DNA of 64,000 nt from assembly GCA_963828465.1 (NCBI GenBank), contig CAWHEU010000024.1, positions 1 to 64,000 on the forward strand, given 5' to 3'. The notes below the pieces were generated by a model. That model worked only from the letters and a program-made list of their open reading frames with translations. It was not told the DNA's origin and made no database searches. The stretch is from an uncultured Acidobacteriota bacterium. GTDB taxonomy: Bacteria; Actinomycetota; Acidimicrobiia; Spongiisociales; ZC4RG35. A program made the position numbers and the translations under genes. Position 1 is the first letter of the stretch; the number at the start of each line of letters is the position of its first letter. Shown piece after piece: positions 59,092 through 64,000 of the stretch.

Positions 59092-60366
59092 ATGACCGAT
59101 ACCTACCGCGACACCATCAAGGAGCTGAGCGACCGCATCGTCGAAGCCCAGAAGCCGATCAAGGTCCTCAACGCGATCAACTGGGACGACTCGATCAAGG
59201 AGAAGTTCTTCGCCTCGGAGTTCAAGGAGCTTCCGGCGATCGACCTGGCCTACTACGAGGCCCGCAATAGCAAGCTCGATCCCGATGCAACCCGCAACCA
59301 GTTGAGGGGCATCGAGGCCGACCTCCAGTCCAAACTCGGCCCGGTCTCTCCGGCCGGCAACCTGATGAGATTCATGTGTGAGCAGTTCCGGCAGACGGTC
59401 GACTTGCTCGACGCCAGAGGAACTCCTGGGTTCTCCCAGATCGCCAGTCTGCTCTACGGGACGCCCCACGACGTCTTCCACGTCGGGGGCCCGACTATTG
59501 CCGATCTGGCACAACAGATGAGACATGTGCTCCAGGGGTTGGATGTGGACTCGGAGACGGAGAAGGACCTGCGGAACATCCAGGGCACCGAGGCGGTGGG
59601 GATCCTGCAGGGCCGCGTAGACATATCGATGGGGAAGGGCATGGTCGATGTCCGGGCAGACGATGGGATCGCAGCCGACGCCGCCGCCGGGAGCGACTAC
59701 ATCAAGGTCCGAGAAGACCGCATGTTCTCCCAGCGTGACCTCGACCTCCTCGAGACCCATGAGGCCTGGGTCCATATCGGGACCACTCAGAACGGCCTGG
59801 CCCAGCCGGTGTGCACCTTCCTGGGCAAGGCGGCCCCTCGTACCACCGTGACCCAGGAGGGGCTGGCGGTCCTCACCGAGATGCTCAACCTGCGCAGTCA
59901 TCCCCGTCGCCTCGCCAAGCTCATGCATCGCATCGAGGGGATAAGAGCGGCCAGCGAAGGAGCGAACTTCGTCGAGGTGTTCGAGATGTTCCGCACCGAT
60001 GGTCTCACCGAGGACGAGGCCTGGGCGGCTGCGGTTCGCATCTTTCGAGGCAGCCTTCCGGACCAAGGGCCCTTCACCAAAGACTTGGGCTATGGCAAGG
60101 GTCTGATCCTCACCCTTCTCTACGTCCGCTTGGCGATAAATCTGGGCCGCTCACATCGAATACCGCTCCTGTTCTGCGGAAAGGTGGATCTGCTCGACAT
60201 GGTGACCCTCCATCAGTTGGAGGAGGAGGGTCTTGTCGAGGAGCCCAAGTTCATCCCGCCTCCATTCGACGACATCGCCGCGCTGGCGTCCACGTTGAGC
60301 CTGGGCGGGTTCACCGCCATGCTCGACTGGGAGCGGCTGGAGGCGGACTACTCGGTGCTCATCTGA
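59092..60366 (+). CDS. QEGLA-motif (DUF1704) putative metallopeptidase
   Basis: HEAWVH, TQEGLA, RIFRG and FTKD motifs. Confidence 0.88.
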   Translation: MTDTYRDTIKELSDRIVEAQKPIKVLNAINWDDSIKEKFFASEFKELPAIDLAYYEARNSKLDPDATRNQLRGIEADLQSKLGPVSPAGNLMRFMCEQFRQTVDLLDARGTPGFSQIASLLYGTPHDVFHVGGPTIADLAQQMRHVLQGLDVDSETEKDLRNIQGTEAVGILQGRVDISMGKGMVDVRADDGIAADAAAGSDYIKVREDRMFSQRDLDLLETHEAWVHIGTTQNGLAQPVCTFLGKAAPRTTVTQEGLAVLTEMLNLRSHPRRLAKLMHRIEGIRAASEGANFVEVFEMFRTDGLTEDEAWAAAVRIFRGSLPDQGPFTKDLGYGKGLILTLLYVRLAINLGRSHRIPLLFCGKVDLLDMVTLHQLEEEGLVEEPKFIPPPFDDIAALASTLSLGGFTAMLDWERLEADYSVLI

Positions 60367-60399
60367 CGAAGGGGGAGCGGAACCGCTCCCCCTTCGTCA
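60364..60399. terminator. Bidirectional terminator hairpin
   Basis: TGACGAAGGGGGAGCGG / CCGCTCCCCCTTCGTCA between convergent genes. Confidence 0.75.
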
Positions 60400-60408
60400 T
60401 TTCCTCGA

Positions 60409-61257
60409 TCAGGGGGCACCCGTTTCGATCGGATAATCCTCCGACTGCGCCACGAACTCTTCGGCATACTCGAGGACGGTTGGAACAGTCTCCGGATTAC
60501 TCATGAGGGTGTCCACCTCGACTTCGGGGTGGGCTTCTTCCAACCAGACGTCGAATGCCTCGCGGAATGCGACCACCTCGGCGTCGACTTCTCGGTTCAT
60601 CACGGCCACGACTGCTCCGTTGTCTACGACCCAGTGGTAAGTGGTAGCCATTTGGATCCCGGCCATGTCCCAGAGGGAATTCGTCTCGAAGGCTTGGCAG
60701 ATGAAGTAGTAACCGGTGGGAGTAGGAACTCCGGGGTCGGTCACCTCGCTCCAATCGCCGTAGCCTCGAGACTCACATCCGGTCACGTCGAGCCGGCCAT
60801 TCAAATCGTGATCTGCCTGGAGGCCCAACACGTCCTGGGCACGTTCCTCGTCGCTCGGCGCCTCGGCATTTCCCATGGCCCTCACATCGACCCACACCGG
60901 ATCTCCGGTGTTGAATGCGTGGAAGGCCGCCTCCACCGCATGGAACTCCTCTGCGGCTTGGGGATCACCGTCTGCTACTTCGAGGGGGATGGCCGGCACT
61001 CCGGCCTGGTTTAACACGATGGCGGCCACGCCGAGGACGATCACGGCGATGGCCGCCACCAGCCAGGGTGTGGTCCAGAGTCGTTTGCTCTCCTCTTCGC
61101 TTTTCTGGGTTTCCAGTTGGGTCATGTCGCTGCTCCTTTGCTCGAGAGTGGCGAGGTAGGTGGCAGCGGGAACTCCCGTCGAGGCTTCCTCGGCGACTTC
61201 GGTCGCCGGGTTTCCCTCTGCGAGCAATGCCATGACAAGACGTTCGTCGCTCACCAC
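60409..61257 (-). CDS. Single-TM hypothetical protein (putative anti-sigma partner)
   Basis: Overlaps the ECF stop; short N-terminus, TM helix, then extracytoplasmic domain with two Cys. Confidence 0.65.
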   Translation of the reverse strand: MVSDERLVMALLAEGNPATEVAEEASTGVPAATYLATLEQRSSDMTQLETQKSEEESKRLWTTPWLVAAIAVIVLGVAAIVLNQAGVPAIPLEVADGDPQAAEEFHAVEAAFHAFNTGDPVWVDVRAMGNAEAPSDEERAQDVLGLQADHDLNGRLDVTGCESRGYGDWSEVTDPGVPTPTGYYFICQAFETNSLWDMAGIQMATTYHWVVDNGAVVAVMNREVDAEVVAFREAFDVWLEEAHPEVEVDTLMSNPETVPTVLEYAEEFVAQSEDYPIETGAP

Positions 61258-61808
61258 ACACCTCCTTCCTGAGCAGCGGGGTTGGGAATGACGTTCTTCT
61301 TTTCGTATGTGTCCTCGTACATGTCGCTGAGCCGTTTGCGGGCGCGGCTGAGCCGTTGACTGGCCGCATCGGGGGAGATGTCGAGCACGATTGCGATTTC
61401 GGCGGTGTCGAGCTCCTCCCAGGCGGCCAGGCGGAGGATCTCGGCGTCGGCCGGCTTCAAATCATCGAGAAGACGCACCACCGCCCTCACCTCCTCGCGT
61501 ACCACCACCTGGTCAGCGGTCGGGCTCGGCGCTATCACTCTGATCGCGCTCACCTTCGATTCGAGACGCCACCTGCGCGCCGCGCCTCGCCAATGATTCG
61601 ACACCGTCAACTGGCAGATCCGGTAGAGCCAGGGGAGAGTTTCTGATCCGCTCGGGGCTTGGTCGATTCGACGCCACACGGTGAGGAAGACCTCGCCCAT
61701 GACATCGTCGGCCCGGTCTGCACCGACACGTCGACGGCAATACAGCCACACGGCGGACCGGTGGCGGTCATAGATGCCGGCGAATCTTGCATCGTGTGGG
61801 CGGCTCAA
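61251..61808 (-). CDS. ECF sigma-70 factor
   Basis: ADDVMGEVFLTVWRR, LPWLY and EIA..LDIS..RLSRARKRL motifs. Confidence 0.9.
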   Translation of the reverse strand: MSRPHDARFAGIYDRHRSAVWLYCRRRVGADRADDVMGEVFLTVWRRIDQAPSGSETLPWLYRICQLTVSNHWRGAARRWRLESKVSAIRVIAPSPTADQVVVREEVRAVVRLLDDLKPADAEILRLAAWEELDTAEIAIVLDISPDAASQRLSRARKRLSDMYEDTYEKKNVIPNPAAQEGGVW

Positions 61809-61861
61809 ACTCCTCCACCTAACTCTCTCGTCGGACCCTTATGTGTCCGGCACAGCAGTTT

Positions 61862-61892
61862 GGTGACACGAAAAGCGCGACCGCGTGTCACC
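61862..61892. promoter_or_regulatory. Inverted repeat upstream of the ECF sigma gene
   Basis: GGTGACACG-N13-CGTGTCACC. Confidence 0.4.
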
Positions 61893-62074
61893 TGGAGGTC
61901 GGTCCGGACATAACTACGGCGAGCAACGGGGGTTGCAATGGGCGAAACCGGGTGCGGCCGACCCGGAATCGCCCCGGACGACTCGTTAGGGTTCACAGGA
62001 TTGGAGTCCGAGCCCATCGCCGCAGCTGTTGAGCTCGTGCTCGAGGGAAGCCGTCATGGGATCGCCAGGGTGTA

Positions 62075-63044
62075 ATGGCGCACTTCGATCTTCCGCTCGA
62101 CCAACTGAAGACCTACGTCCCGGACGTCGAGGTACCGACCGACTTCGATGCCTTCTGGTCCATCACGGCTCGAGGACGCATCCCTTCATGCCATCGACGT
62201 GGCAGTGGAGCCGGCGGGCGACCTGATCAGGTCGGCTGACGTCCTGGATGTCCGGTTCTCCGGGCACGGTGGTGACAGGGTTGCCGCTTGGCTCTACCTG
62301 CCGCACGAGACGGCCGATGCAGCGCCCGTGGTGGTCGAGTACATCGGCTACAACGGAGGCCGGGGCCGGCCGATCGATTGGCTTCGCTGGTCGAGCGTTG
62401 GCTATCCGCATCTCGTCGTGGACTCGAGGGGACAGGGCGGAGTGTGGCGATCGAGTGACACACCCGATCCGGGAGACACAGGTGAGCCGGGGAGCAGGGG
62501 CTTCGTCACGCGAGGGCTGTCCGATCCGAAGGACCACTACTACTCGCGGCTTTTCGTCGATGCTGCTCGGGCAGTGGAAGCCACGAGGGCGATCGATTCC
62601 GTTGCCGATCGCCCGGTGGTCGTCTGCGGTGGGAGCCAGGGCGGTGCGCTCGCCCTCGCCGCGGCAAGTCTCTCCCAACAAGCGTCTGTGGTCCTCGCCG
62701 ACGTGCCGTTCCTGTCCGACTTTCGCCGCGCGGTGGCGATCACAGATGCGGCGCCGTTCTCAGAGATCAGGGACTACTGCGCGACATACCCCGATCGGGT
62801 TGGGTCCGTGTTCAGGACACTTTCCTACTTCGACGTCGTCAACCACGCCAAGAGGGTGACGTCGCCATCGCTGTTCAGTGTGGCGCTCATGGACGAGATC
62901 ACCCCACCTTCAACCGTGTTCGCCGCCTACAACAATCTCGCCGGGGAGCGTCGCATCGAGGTCTACGAGTTCAACGGGCACGAGGGAGGCGGCTCGGTCC
63001 ACTTCGAGAAACAGGTCGGATTCGTCCGCGAGCATCTCGGGTGA
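62075..63044 (+). CDS. Acetylxylan esterase / cephalosporin-C deacetylase (CE7), frameshift near 62167
   Basis: MAHFDLPL..DFDAFW N-terminus in one frame; RGQ, GGSQGG, PPSTVFAAYN and GHE in the next. Confidence 0.88.
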
Positions 63045-63067
63045 GAGAGTCCGATCCGTATCGGGGT

Positions 63068-63424
63068 CTAAGCGCACACCTGATCTGCTCGAAGGCTCAC
63101 CGTCTGCGAGTTGGTGACCTCTACCGAAACCGGTTCTCCGTACCACCAGCATCCGGTCGTGGGACCGGTCGACTCTTCGAGGACGCCGCCAACCTGAAAG
63201 AGGTAGGTGCCAGGGCCGGGCACCTCCACGGTGACGGGTTCGTCAGAGACGTGAATGGTTTCTCTGAAGTCGCCCCCGCTGATCGAAACATCGACACCGA
63301 CGTCCTGCTCTGAAGACCGCTCGACGGCAACGGCGATCTCGATCGGAGTGGATGTCTCAATCGGGTCTGACGTGGTGCAGGCAGCCGCCAGGACGACCCA
63401 TGCCAGGACGCGAAGACACCTCAT
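63068..63424 (-). CDS. Putative lipoprotein
   Basis: LAAAC lipobox; RBS GAGGA. Confidence 0.6.
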   Translation of the reverse strand: MRCLRVLAWVVLAAACTTSDPIETSTPIEIAVAVERSSEQDVGVDVSISGGDFRETIHVSDEPVTVEVPGPGTYLFQVGGVLEESTGPTTGCWWYGEPVSVEVTNSQTVSLRADQVCA

Positions 63425-63533
63425 GGTGTCCTCGCGTCTAGAGTGCGGGTTGGATCCCGTGCTTAGAGCGGTCCCAGGCTGTCGAGATTCCCGGCAATGT
63501 ACGCACGGAGGAAGAACGACGCCATCTGCTGTC

Positions 63534-64000
63534 TCAGGATCGGGTCCTCAGGGCAGTAATTGGTGTTAGCAGGCGGGTTGCAGCCGCGGGTGATCCCCTC
63601 GAGCGGCAATCGAGTTGATGGCGTTGACGAACACCGAATTGGCTATGTCGGTGAACCCCTGGTCGCCGGCCGGGGGAAGGTTCAGAGCCCGGGTGAAGAA
63701 GCCGGCCATCTGCCCACGGCTGGTGATGTCGTCGGGGCAGTACCTGGTCGTTAGCCGGCGGGTTGCAGCCGAGGGTGATCCCCTCGAGGGCTATCGAGTT
63801 GATGGCGTTGACGAACACCGAATTGGCTATGTCGATGAAGCCCTGGTCGCCGGCCGGGGGTAGTGCACAGCCCTCGTACGAAGAAGGCGGCCATCTGCCC
63901 ACGGGTGGTGTCCTCGGTGGGGCAGTAATTGGTGTTAGCAGGCGGGTTGCAGCCCTGGGTGATCCCTACCCTCTCCATCCAGGCGATGGCCAGCGCAAAC
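63534..64000 (-). CDS. C-terminal S-layer homology (SLH) repeats of a truncated gene, with several frameshifts
   Basis: Three GITxGCNPP..CP..TRGQMAxF units at about 183-nt period; gene starts beyond the window edge. Confidence 0.75.

Overview
GC-rich bacterial chromosome segment. Gene content and protein style suggest Actinomycetota, probably Acidimicrobiia (inference, not a database result). It holds about 68 CDS, two tRNAs (Phe-GAA, Asp-GTC) and a TPP riboswitch ahead of thiBPQ. Housekeeping and metabolic genes include argS, glcDEF, Leu/Val dehydrogenase with a fused E1 alpha-beta, fabF, hppA and cobB. About 14-42 kb is rich in small regulators and accessory genes. About ten single-base frameshifts look like long-read consensus errors. 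Main observations: (1) a four-gene operon at 29.1-32.8 kb joins a PglC-like phosphoglycosyl transferase, 2-oxoacid-dehydrogenase E1 alpha and E1 beta, and an E2-like protein whose lipoyl and subunit-binding domains are fused to a PglD/NeuD sugar acyltransferase in place of the E2 catalytic domain; (2) an AbiEi/DUF559 gene is flanked by four palindromic units, each with a unique loop of exactly 25 nt; (3) a 21-aa leader with 6 Cys plus a terminator sits upstream of tusA-dsrE; (4) there are two further dispersed repeat families, two candidate structured ncRNAs, a DHFR-like/adenylate cyclase fusion and a three-promoter ECF regulon. No integrase, transposase, cas gene or CRISPR array was seen. All family assignments come from motif recognition by eye.
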